Part shown: piece by piece, positions 12,070-22,610 of the stretch
Layout: every line of letters starts with the position of its first letter
Numbering within the stretch: position 1 is the first letter of the stretch
Assembly (NCBI GenBank): GCA_000320545.1
Contig: ADNK01000526.1
Coordinates: 1 to 44,274, forward strand
Source of the DNA: Bigelowiella natans CCMP2755
Lineage: Eukaryota > Protista > Cercozoa
Length of the DNA stretch: 44,274 bases
Direction: 5' to 3'
Made by a program: the position numbers and the translations under genes
Notes under the pieces: model-generated
The model's input: the letters and a program-made list of their open reading frames with translations, nothing else
Told to the model about the DNA's origin: nothing
Databases searched by the model: none

Positions 12070-13128
12070 TTAGCATCCAAGCTCCTCAGCTACTTCTTTA
12101 GGGAGAGTTGGATTCTTGCACAAGCGTTTCAGATCCTGTTGACCGATGACCGCATCCTCAAATGATGTTCCAGAAAGATTTGCTTCTTCAAAACTAGCGC
12201 CCGTGATCACGGCGTTCGTAAATTTGGAACCCGACAAATCCGACTTATCAAATATGACTCTGTCGAGGACAGAGTTTGAGAAGTCACAATTTTTAAAACT
12301 TGCCTCGGCAGCGTATGCCTTCGACATTACGACATCTGTGAAATCGGCCTGATCGAAGGATCCTCCCTGGAAAAGTCCCCCGGAAAGGGTCTTTCCCCTC
12401 AAGTCGCGTTTCTGAAAACCACAAAGCAAAAGTGATTAGTAAATCCAACTAAAAGAAGCGATGAGAAACATTAAAGTGCAGACGAGCTGTCAGGCCTCTT
12501 TGAGAATAGTCTACGTAATATTTCACAATATACCTCTAACTTGCAGAGTCTGAGGTCAAGTTCTCTATCTGAAGCTGCGTTGGACTGGCCGATAGTGTTG
12601 CCTCCTGTTGCCAGCTCACAACGATCAGGGTTAGGATCAATAGGGGGGAACTTGCGCCCAGCGGCCTCAGCCCATTTTGTAGCGATCATTCCAATTGCGG
12701 AGACACCTCCCAGCATCATTCCACGGCGGGAAAGCTGACCCTGGGATTGCCCATTACCAGCGTGGATACGGGTTAAAGCCCCCCTTGATGAGACGGGTAG
12801 CCTCAATTCGCCACCACTTCCGTCTACAAATGCAACAATATCATAAGATAAACGTTCATATGCCTCCTAATTCTAGCTGCTTAAGGAAGGTGCCGGACAT
12901 GACTTTCGGTGAATCATCTTGCAGCAGCGACGGGGGGGTTACGTCGACACCACGGGGATCCATATTTTTTGCTCCCCTTCTTACTGCGACATGTTGTTTT
13001 AAATGCTTTCTTAGAAAATTTTGCACAATTGGGTAACCTCTCCTGGCGAGCATGATAAGGGCGGCCAGAAGGCATGCGTTTAGGAGGCATAGCGACAGCA
13101 GCGAGCGTGAGGTGGCGAGAGCCATCAT
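12070..13128 (-). CDS. Thylakoid lumen pentapeptide-repeat protein, TL17 (17.4 kDa)-like; spliced
   Basis: Exons 12823-12534 and 12411-12070 (GT-AG intron 12533-12412, phase 0) give PPIDPNPDRCE..GNTIGQSN...LDLRLC..LRGKTLSG..VVMSKAYAAEASFK..DRV.F.KS.L..LCKNPTL..LGC, matching the plant TL17 pattern. A twin-Arg Tat signal (SRRGMMLGGVSAIG..AEA) is present. A signal-peptide exon starts at 13128; its donor site is uncertain. Confidence 0.85.
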
Positions 13129-13551
13129 CGATTTTTTCAGACTTGATGACGGCCAAAGAGCGAAAGGTTAATGGAAAAGGTAGTTTAATTTTTACAGGAA
13201 TGCCATTCGACAAGCTTCAAAATAGAAAAAATCCATCGGTCCGATTTTACATTTGGATAAATTGGGTGAGGTTGCCGATAAGAATTTTGAGCTTGCGGCT
13301 TTCTGCTTGCTGCGACTCACAAATTCACGAATAATTCCAGTAGATTTGCGACCTATGTGTAAAAATTTTGGCGGATCAGTACGAGTAAGATGTTCTCAGG
13401 ATAAAAAATCACCCAGTTCTGCCATGTGCATTGGATTACGGAGATTTTCTTTACGCTGGGCTTTGGATCTTTGTCGTAGGAAATAATCATAGGTTATTCC
13501 TACTAATTTTCCCAGGTTGGAGGAAGGAGGCTCGGTAATGGTTGAGCTACA

Positions 13552-14330
13552 ATGACCTCGAAGACGAATAAAGGAGGGGGAAGGAAAAGTTCTGCTTCTG
13601 ATATCATCGCCATTTCCTCTATCAATGAGGTACATGAATTTACATCGACGGTTAAGGCTCATAGTTCGTCATACGACTGATCTCTTCATCTTTCTTTATA
13701 AGGTACCAAAATGGAAGAACATTAGAGGCTCTTACACGGGGAAGGAAGAGGAGGAGAATGAGGAAGAGGATACGGTATCAAAAATTTGCCTCGTTTGTTT
13801 TCTGATACAATTTTAAAAGTTTAAACTTTAGCCATGGACGAACTTCAGGCAACTTAGAAACCAACGGGAGGTAACCATGGCATGCAAGATTCGAATATGA
13901 TATAAATATATGAACACCTACTCATAGGAAAAAGGCTACTCAACGATAACGCCTTCCCGTTCGAATAGGGTCAGTAGGATTGGTCACGTGACTCAACTCA
14001 ACTGAACTATTCCTTCCAATATTCATCTTGTAGATAATAAAACGTCGCCGGATTTTGCCAAAAAGCGCTAATCAACCAGATGTTCGGGTAAATGTGGTCA
14101 TAAAGAGACTTCGGGTCCGACAGTCGATACGAGAACAAGGTGTTCCTTCAAAATCGCCCCATCTCACATCAAGACATCAGCCATTGCCATTGCCGTTGAA
14201 TAGCGATGATGCTGGTAGTGATGCTTGTGGGAAGGAAAAAGAATTGCATAACACGAAATCTTCGAGTGACAACGAAATCAATTTGCTGGCCCTCGACGAC
14301 GGTTCGTTTCCGACGGTAATTCCAAGCTAG
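13552..14330 (+). CDS. Small five-exon hypothetical protein
   Basis: Consistent phase-0 GT-AG exons: MTSKTNKGGGRKSSASDIIAISSINE | VPKWKNIRGSYTGKEEEENEEEDT | PWTNFRQLRNQRE | EKGYSTITPSRSNR | IIKRRRILPKSANQPD...VIPS*. Confidence 0.5.
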
Positions 14331-16348
14331 CACTATTGAGGATGCACACATTCCATGGTGGAAGAGCAAATTATGAGTACTCAACTGTTGTGATTTAGGT
14401 TTCCAGTCTCCCGCTAGCGATGTGATCAAGCAGATTTTTTAAAAATTGTTGGAGAGATTGCATGCATGCATGCATAAATATCATTTCATTGATGAAGTGC
14501 CGAATGATGACGGCTTCAATAGTATGGGAACGTGAAGTTAGGATTGCAAAACAATATTTGGTTTGCAAATTGCCGCTTCCATTAAAAGTTGTGGCATTGC
14601 AAATGGACATGCCTGAATCGTGTGTTTTTGTGACACGCGGGGTCAGCGTACTAGCATTGGAGGGTAGACGAGGCGTATCGCCGTTCATAGATCAAAAACA
14701 TCTCGACGCCTGAATTGTAACAAGATTTGTGCACTTTGTTTGCTCAACATGGCAGGCTCAAAGCACACAGCTAGACAGCACTGCACAGCACCATGCAGGC
14801 ATGAACGAAAGAACACATCGTGTTTTATTGGATGCCCTGAAAACTGTGCCGCCATCACATGGTGGGCAAACACACATCATGCATTTAAACAACGCTCATT
14901 GCCAAATGTAGATAAAATCAGTGCACATGACAATTGCTAGATTGTGCGCAATCTGCTGCTAGCAATGCCATCACAAGCCACCGGCCAGCTTGAATGAACC
15001 TCCTGTTAGCCTAGCAACGGCCCGTCCTAGCGTCCCATAGTCCTGCTAGCCTGCCCATCGTATCGCCTCACGCATCACTTGTTCCAGTGTTGACGATGCA
15101 GATGGACAAACAGCGTCATTCCGTGCGAACATCAAACATCAAAACTTGAATTGGCAAAGTCAACCGCATCAAACATCATGCACAACTCCAGAACTGCACC
15201 ATCTAGACCATTCGAGAGCTTGCCGTTCTGCGAGCATCCGCGCCGCACGCTAGCCCGGCTGTCACAGCACCTGACATGCCAATCCAAATGTGATCAGTTT
15301 CATGGATTTTGCGTGCTGTCTGTCACTGTTAGATTGATGTCACACCAACGTCAGCGCAACCAAGTGTGTCACACGCGAACACATGATGCCGCTGGCGTGT
15401 TGTCGCGCGCCCATCGCCAAGTCGTGCTGGCATGGCTGCTGCATGGCGACACACACTCACTCTGGCACTCGCTGACTCGCTCTGCACGTCTAGGCAGGTG
15501 TGATCGATCGTTCACTAGTTCACTTTGACAGCGCACAAAACGAGACACACACCAGCACACTCTCTGCACTCACTGAGACATGCAATGGTCGTGCTCTGCA
15601 TGCACGCAACAACGCACTTGCCACCGACAAATCTCAAAGGCTTGCCCACTCTTTGTGTGGACACACGCAGTCTCCATGGCGTACCGGGTTTTCGGCACAT
15701 GTGTTACTCTAACACATGTGTGCTCAAAAACACGTGTACTGAGCTACATGTGTCAGGACAACTTTCATCTCACACCGACTTGCTTCCGGCTGTGGCCCCT
15801 CATCACATCATCCGAGAATGCTCCACCGATCAAGTGTCCATTTTGAGACCACGGAGTGGTCGGAATGCGACGGATCAACGACAGAACCATCCACTTGAAA
15901 TCAATCTTCAACGAGTTGCAACCTTCGGATGCTTGACGCACTCCTTGGACGACGAGCTGGCGAGACAAGAAGCAATTTGCCTGCAAATCGATCTAGTGCC
16001 AGAGTGGGGGTGTGGGAATCAGACCTTCGAAGAAAGGAAACTGGAATTGTCGAAAGGAAAAGAGTGGATGATGTGGAGCATGAAAGGGAGAGAGTGACAG
16101 TTGGGTGAGCTTCTAGAATGATGAACAATGAACGTGATGATGGACTACATCTAGACTTGCCTGTGAAGGCTGAGAAGAGAGAAAGAAGCTCCGCCCGATC
16201 AAGTTGTCACAACAGTGTTAAAGAGGTGATAATTGTTACCTGCGACATGAAAACTTTTAAGTCGTATTTATCAATGGCTCTTGAATCACATTTTCAAACT
16301 TCAAATTCTTGCAACTAATGGGAGACGACTGACCAAGCTTTGAACTCG

Positions 16349-17262
16349 ATGGCCATCGTAGATGCAGGCAGGGCTCACATCTATGCTGGGATCTGCCTGC
16401 GATTGCTTCTGGGTATTAGCATTTGTTGCTGGAGAACAGGAGCCCAAATGCGTTTTGTTCAAGGATCGCAGGCAATGCAGACAAGCGGTGGTAATTTCGC
16501 AGATTCAGCCATCAAATGCCCTCTGGCGGGTCGAATACGCTCCTACAAGAGACTTCGGTAGTGTTATTTGTTTCCTCGTGAATATTCTTTTATTCATGGA
16601 AAAATATCATCGCCTCCTGAAACTAGGGAGCTCTTTGCTGATTTGCTCGGTTTGGAACACCTCAACACACAGATCCGTCGGTTCCGCACTCCAGGCGGAC
16701 GGAAAATATAATGAAGCTTCGGAGTGCTTTCAAGAGGTATGCATGTGACTAATGTTGATATCACATAGTGTCGGAAATAAGAACCCCTCTGGTGCACCGT
16801 CACATCCTTGTTTTTTCTTCCCATTACATCTAGAACGGTCAGAGACGGTGTATTGTTTTTATGTGTTAATATCAATGGTTACTTCACCGTACTTGCTGTT
16901 TGTTGTGGGAGATAGGCTGTCCATGCATATATTGGAGGTTTGATGCAACTCACAGAGGAAAACCTGGTATGGAATCGAAAAAGATAACAATTCAATCGGT
17001 AGAACTTTTACACTCTGCTTCTTTATAGGAAAAACAAATGCTGAAGAACTCTGAACAACTGCATTCCATTAAAAAAAGTCCTAGCAAACGTAACGCGTCA
17101 TCAGAGATATCTCAGCTACCTTCGTCGTCAAAATTTACACCTGGAGTATCAGATCAAAGTGGAAAGGCCGCAGGAAGATCTATGGATTATCATAACGCAA
17201 CCGCTATTGCGAATAATTACCGGCATCAACTGCAGATCCAAAGGCAGGAACAAAATATATGA
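16349..17262 (+). CDS. Possible TPR-like spliced gene or gene fragment
   Basis: Exon ~16673-16736 SVGSALQADGKYNEASECFQE|GTATGC resembles a TPR unit, and the next exon reads AVHAYIGGLMQLTEENL|GTATGG. The other exons do not join cleanly, so this may be a pseudogene. Confidence 0.3.
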
Positions 17263-17983
17263 ATCTCACATAATACTTTTGTGTCTCTTCTTCGAGTTGG
17301 CCTGGATGATTCCAAGAACTAGATCTATTCAGCCCAAAAACAAAAAAGTGAGCATCGACGTAGGTGGAAAGCACTATTGGACCTTCGCATATGCCACATC
17401 TGTGCCGTACCGGTTCTGGCATGCTCACCCATCACACATGTCATGCACCAGTCTGAGTCCCCCGTCAAACATGCTCAGCTACTATTGCCTGCTGCTGAAT
17501 GTCGATAATACTACACTATGTGCAAGCAACCTCACAATAGACAACATGTATCATGCTTTTAATTCTAGCCACGTGTGCACAACAACAATGTTGCATCTTG
17601 TGCATGCTAGCATGAACAGGGCCGATTGTCATTTAACTAGTTAAGTGGATCTGCGCTTGATTGACTGATGCTTTCAATCGACATGCTAGCATGTATTGTG
17701 GTTTCATTGTGGGCCTTCTAGCCTTCCTTGCTAGCTGGCGAACTGGCATCCCCAGGCGGTAGCAAGCCATCAAAGCGGCGGCCGAAGCAAAGGCCTCGTG
17801 CTCGAATTTCCGCATCTTCGCAGCAGCCTCAAAATGTCGTCTTTGAAACTAGCTCACCGAGATTAAAGTCAAGAGCCCTTGGAGGCGAAATGTCGCGGCA
17901 AAGCAAAAGAGGAAAGAAGGTAGCCAGGTCATCGACGGCTTCCAAAAAAAAGCACCGTGCCTGATGTAGCTGTCTAGCTGTTG

Positions 17984-18221
17984 TTTGCACAGCTACATCA
18001 GGATGGCTTTCAGCTTTGAAAATGTTCAATCACTTCATCACATCAGTCTCTCACACGTGTCTGTCATGGCCTGCCGTGTGCACGATGCACGATGCCCAGG
18101 TTTTTCCTGGCACATGAAACACACGTGGAGACAAAGAGACGCAGCATGAGCGCTGTGGCCGCTGCACGTGCAAGGATAACTGTTGAAAACATTCAATCGT
18201 TTCATTGCCATCCGTCTCACA
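17984..18221 (-). mobile_element. Two degenerate copies (17984-18053, 18112-18221) of the dispersed TRAGACGGATGYAATGAA repeat family
   Basis: Reverse complements match 22483-22610 and 28623-28750 (tttgcacagctacatcaggatg..., ttgaaaacattcaatcgtttcattgccatccgtctcaca, gagcgctgtggccgctgca). Confidence 0.7.
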
Positions 18222-18402
18222 TTGGAAACATTCAAAGTCAGCATGTTCATGCCGGTTGTGGGTGGCAAAAAAAAAAAAGCCTGCATGGCAGGACCGTGCC
18301 CAGATGCCTGCGCCACGCGGCGGCACAACGCTGCACACTACATCTGTTTGACAAATTTAGCACTACATCTAAACAAGTCTCTGCTGCTCGATCCTACATG
18401 AA

Positions 18403-19989
18403 TTAAACATTGGTTGTGGAGTTTTTCTTCTCGTATCCCATGCTCTGCAGAGGTAGTCCCCCCACATCTTTTGTTCCGTGTTCGGACACATCCAAACCCT
18501 TCTCCTCGTCCTCCTCAGAGACACGAAGCAATCCAGCAAATTTCAGTGGGAAAAAGATGAGGGAACTTGTGAAGCTGACCCATCCGGCAATCACAATGAC
18601 AGCAATCAATTGGTTTCGAAATTGGTTTCCTGAAATGACTGCGTCATTCTCGAAGCCGTAGGTTCTTGCAATGTTAGATCGCGTTGCAAAAATGCCGTTC
18701 GAGAGCACACCCCAGGCTCCACAAACTCCATGAATTGGAAATGCATCAAGAGGATCATCAATACCAAGTTTCTTGATTCCTGCCGAGGCGCCAATGTAAA
18801 CGAAAGCACCGAGGAGGCCAATCATCATTGAAGCCCAAGGTTCCACGGTAGCGCAAGGAGCAGTGATTGACACCAATCCAGCCAAAACACCATTCAGACA
18901 AAATGTGAGATCAAAGAATCCTTTGACAAGTCGGGAATAAACCATGCAGGTGATGGCTCCCATAGCCGCAGCAATCGTTGTAGTGACGCACACCTTCGCA
19001 GCGAGATTGATGTAAGTGCCATCACCTGAACCCGCTCCAAGAGTTGAACCTGCGTTGAAGCCATACCATCCCATCCACAGGATTATAACACCTAAAGCTG
19101 CAAGCAAATCGGAGGATCCCTTCAATTTGTGCTCGTTCTCAGGGTCATTGAAGTATTTACGAGGACCGATGGCAACAGCACCAATTAACCCTGCGAAACC
19201 ACCTGTCATGTGCACAACACCAGAGCCAGCAAAGTCGAGGACACCATTTTCCTTCAGATAACGGTTTCCATCTCCATCCACATAGAAAGCTGACATCCAA
19301 CCAGTGCTCGACCAAACCCAGTGGGCAACAACAGGATATATGAAAGTCGTAAGTGCTATCGTGTAAACGAAATAAGCTTCCAAACGGCATCTTTCAGCAA
19401 CACATCCAGAAACAATAGTTGCTGCAGCCCCTGCGAATGCCCATTGGAAAAAAAAAGAGTGGTAATCCGTATCGTTATTGTAGTTCTGTAATGCCCAGTT
19501 TCCGGCACCGATGAATCTGTTGTCCATGCCCGGAGACTGGTATATGTATCTTTCGGTACCAAAAGCAAATGAATACCCCAGCAACCAATATGTAATGGCC
19601 GCGAGAGATGCATCCATCAAGTTCTTGAAAAGAATGTTGTTTGTATTCTTTGCTCTAACAGATCCTGCTTCGAGCATAGCAAACCCTGCCTGCATCCCTG
19701 ATTTAGTCAAAATTCAAAGATTCGGTGCAAAATGAAACTTGGTAACATTGTTTTATCTGGGACAATGTTCGTAATGAAGAGATGGAAGCAACTTACAGAA
19801 AACGAGGATCCCAGCTATTAGAACCCACATGACATCGGTGACGGTGACCAGCGTGTCAATTTGAGCCGATGTTGCAAGCGGAGTTGAATCACCGATGGTG
19901 GAGCTATCGACAGTGGCACAGATTTGTTGGTTGAACCCATTTCCAGTCCCTGCAGTTGTCGATGTCCAGAAGCAAGCGTTGACGGACAT
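18403..19989 (-). CDS. AMT1: Ammonium transporter, AMT1 family, 495 aa, two exons (19989-19797, 19697-18403)
   Basis: Splicing the 99 nt intron (T|GTAAGT...CAG|GG) gives ILVFWMQAGFAMLEAGSVRAKN. Further motifs: FFQWAF, IVSGCVAER, YPVVAHWVW, DFAGSGVVH, WMGWYGFN, LNGVLAGLVSITA, IDDPLDAFPIHG, EEKGLDVSEHG. Confidence 0.96.
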
Positions 19990-21035
19990 GATTCTCTAGC
20001 CCGAGCGTTTGCAATGTGATTCTGGTGTTGGACAAACAAAGGGTGCGCACGCAAGCCTGAAAAGCCAAAGTGGCAACGCATGGTGCGAAGAGCTAAGAGT
20101 TGAGTACATTTAGGTGCGCGTGACAATCTGATTACATGTCTATAATTCTGAATTGCATCAAAATGACAAATACACAACTCAATTCTCAACAAAGATGTAC
20201 CGAAAAGCCAGCAGCACTAGTGCAAATTTGCAGAAGCATGTAGTGGCGACGCTGCAACATTTATTTTGCGCATGGGTTTGGCAACCAGCGTTCCACTCTT
20301 CCGGAAAAACCTTCCAAGACTACTTTTTGCAGGAATCTATCCCGATGATCTTGTCGTATCCACGAAAAAAACTGGGAACATGTCTTCATGTTCTGGATAT
20401 TTTCTTGCACAAATGAACTACGTCCATGGATATTTTCTCGTTTGTTTAAATTTTTCCGAAGAAACGAAGAAATGTCCGGAAAGTCCGTTGATACGCGATC
20501 AATGCCTGGTTTTCACTTCGGAGAGTCCCGGAGAGTAGGTGAAGCCTTCGAGACTCAGAAATTATGAGTAGAATTTCCTACGACAAAGCAAATATGTTGC
20601 CGCATAATAAAAATTGATAGGTTTTCTACTTGCGGCTTAGATCCTTCTACAAATGGCAACGATTTTAGCCTAGGAAACAGGAGATGTACGGTGTAAACGA
20701 TGAAAATATGAGACATTTCGCACTCTTCCCACTTCCTCGGAGAAGAGGTGGAGGGCGCAAGAAGCGATCATAAATAGGATGCAGAAAACCGCATACCTTT
20801 TCGTATGTGCGACAAGTATTTCTGGCAAGATCGTAATTGATTTGAACACTCACAGAAAGGGCCAGTTGAGAGAATCCAACTGCTGCACGTCCTAGCTGCC
20901 CCAATCCGCCGCTGCTGACTCAGAGTACTCACCCACCGAAACTTCATAGTCAAGACCACATTGAGTTGAAGTATCAACTAGTTGTCTGGATTAGTTCGTT
21001 CTCTCTTTCAATACAGCGAGGTGTATAACATAAAA

Positions 21036-22370
21036 ATGCATAACTCCGAGGACAAACTTGGTATGGATTTCTTGCTGCCGCTAGCTCAGCACCCTCTACC
21101 AGAGATCATTCCATCATCTTTGAAAGGTAGGAAAAATATAAAAATTGAGAAAAGGAATTCGCTCGGTGGATGCGTACGCTGGGCTCCCGCGTCTCCCCAG
21201 GCCACCAGTGCGTTCCTCGACGAGCATGGGTTTTTCGAAGAAAGAGCCAAAGTCTCGAAGAGAATAAGACTAAATCCCTTTTCGAAAAAGAGTAAGCCAA
21301 CCGCTAAATGTGACTTAGGAGGAATTTTTGGAAAGTCTGTCCTATCAAAGCCGCCATCTACATCGGTCTTCTGGGAACTTTCCAGCCAACCATCATCATA
21401 TTCAGCTTGTTCTGATGACGATACTGGAACCATCTTCCAAAATGAAAAGGAAAGCACAGGAATAATCGATTTCTCAGAAATATGGAGTTCCGAGCTCACT
21501 CCAAAACCCGAGACCAAAAGCATATCTCCAGTGGAAAAAGAAAAAAATACTGAATTCGAAGAGGAGCCACTCGATGCAAGAGACTTAATCTTTACGCCAA
21601 AGATGTCACTTGCTTTACCATCTACCCCAATCTTCGGATCTCGCTTGCCAACTCCTAAGTTTGAAGGAAAATTTTCTACCCCTCCATCACCAATGTCAAG
21701 AAAGCATTTCGTTATCCCAATCGAATCAGATGAGGATTTCTCACTGCATCAAGAAGAAAAAATTGAGATGATAGACTTGTCAAACTTTTGGAGTGCCGAG
21801 GGAACTCCAGGAGTAACTAAGCCTAAAATCAAATCTATCTCCGTTGTGAAGAAAGAGAAAGATACTGAGGAGAACAACAAACCACTCAAAATCTTCAAAT
21901 TGGGAGAAAGTTTTAAATTATCCACATCTTCTACTCACCAAAAAACCGAAAAAGATGAAAAACCTATGAACTCGGAAAATAAAAAATTTATCCAAGAGAG
22001 AAAGAGCACTAAACCTTTCGGATTTCCACAATCTATTAAGGAGGATCGTCAAGTGCTGAAACGAACGCAGTACAGTTCTTGTATCAGATGTAAAAATCAA
22101 AAGCGAAAATGTGATCTTCGAATCTGCGGACAAAGCCTGAAGATAAAATGCTCACGATGTTTAAAGGCCAATGTTCCATGCGTTCGTCAGTTCAAGCCAT
22201 TAACTAAAACGATGCTTAAACATTTAACTTCTCTGAGCGTAACAAATAAAAAGAGAAAACGGCTAGCTGATGATCTTAATCCAAGAAAGGGGCAACAATG
22301 TCCCCGTAATTCTTCGTGTGTACGACCTCGCAAACATCCAGGACATTGCAAATTAGTGCCTAAGCCGTGA
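21036..22370 (+). CDS. Zn(II)2Cys6 binuclear-cluster protein (putative transcription factor), intronless
   Basis: C-IR-C-KNQKRK-C-x12-C-SR-C-LKANVP-C fits Cx2Cx6Cx5-12Cx2Cx6C. It has a basic NLS-like KKRKR and an S/P/E/K-rich disordered N-terminus. First in-frame ATG is at 21036. Confidence 0.8.
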   Translation: MHNSEDKLGMDFLLPLAQHPLPEIIPSSLKGRKNIKIEKRNSLGGCVRWAPASPQATSAFLDEHGFFEERAKVSKRIRLNPFSKKSKPTAKCDLGGIFGKSVLSKPPSTSVFWELSSQPSSYSACSDDDTGTIFQNEKESTGIIDFSEIWSSELTPKPETKSISPVEKEKNTEFEEEPLDARDLIFTPKMSLALPSTPIFGSRLPTPKFEGKFSTPPSPMSRKHFVIPIESDEDFSLHQEEKIEMIDLSNFWSAEGTPGVTKPKIKSISVVKKEKDTEENNKPLKIFKLGESFKLSTSSTHQKTEKDEKPMNSENKKFIQERKSTKPFGFPQSIKEDRQVLKRTQYSSCIRCKNQKRKCDLRICGQSLKIKCSRCLKANVPCVRQFKPLTKTMLKHLTSLSVTNKKRKRLADDLNPRKGQQCPRNSSCVRPRKHPGHCKLVPKP

Positions 22371-22482
22371 ACCCCTTTCGATCTTGAAGGACTTTGGACT
22401 TTCAATGATTAGAATATGAAATTCCTTCAGCTTGATGAAAAAAAAATGTATGATGTAATCATTAATGATATGTGATTGAATG

Positions 22483-22610
22483 TGTGAGACGGATGTAATG
22501 AATTGATTGAATCTTTTCAATGGTCATCCTGATGTAGCTGTGCAAAGCAGGGGCCACAGCGCAGATGTTGTGTCTGTTTGTTTCCGCCATGATGTGTTTC
22601 ATGCATGTGA
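22483..22610 (+). mobile_element. Copy of dispersed repeat (putative non-autonomous DNA transposon end)
   Basis: tgagacggatgtaatgaa...caatggtcatcctgatgtagctgtgcaa...ttcatgca aligns with 28623-28750 over ~125 nt. Confidence 0.7.

Noticed and set aside
18221-22483. Composite transposon carrying AMT1 and the Zn2Cys6 gene
   Set aside because: The flanking termini read outward, away from the genes, and no TSD is seen. The alternative pairing 22483/28500 is less parsimonious than 28271/28500.
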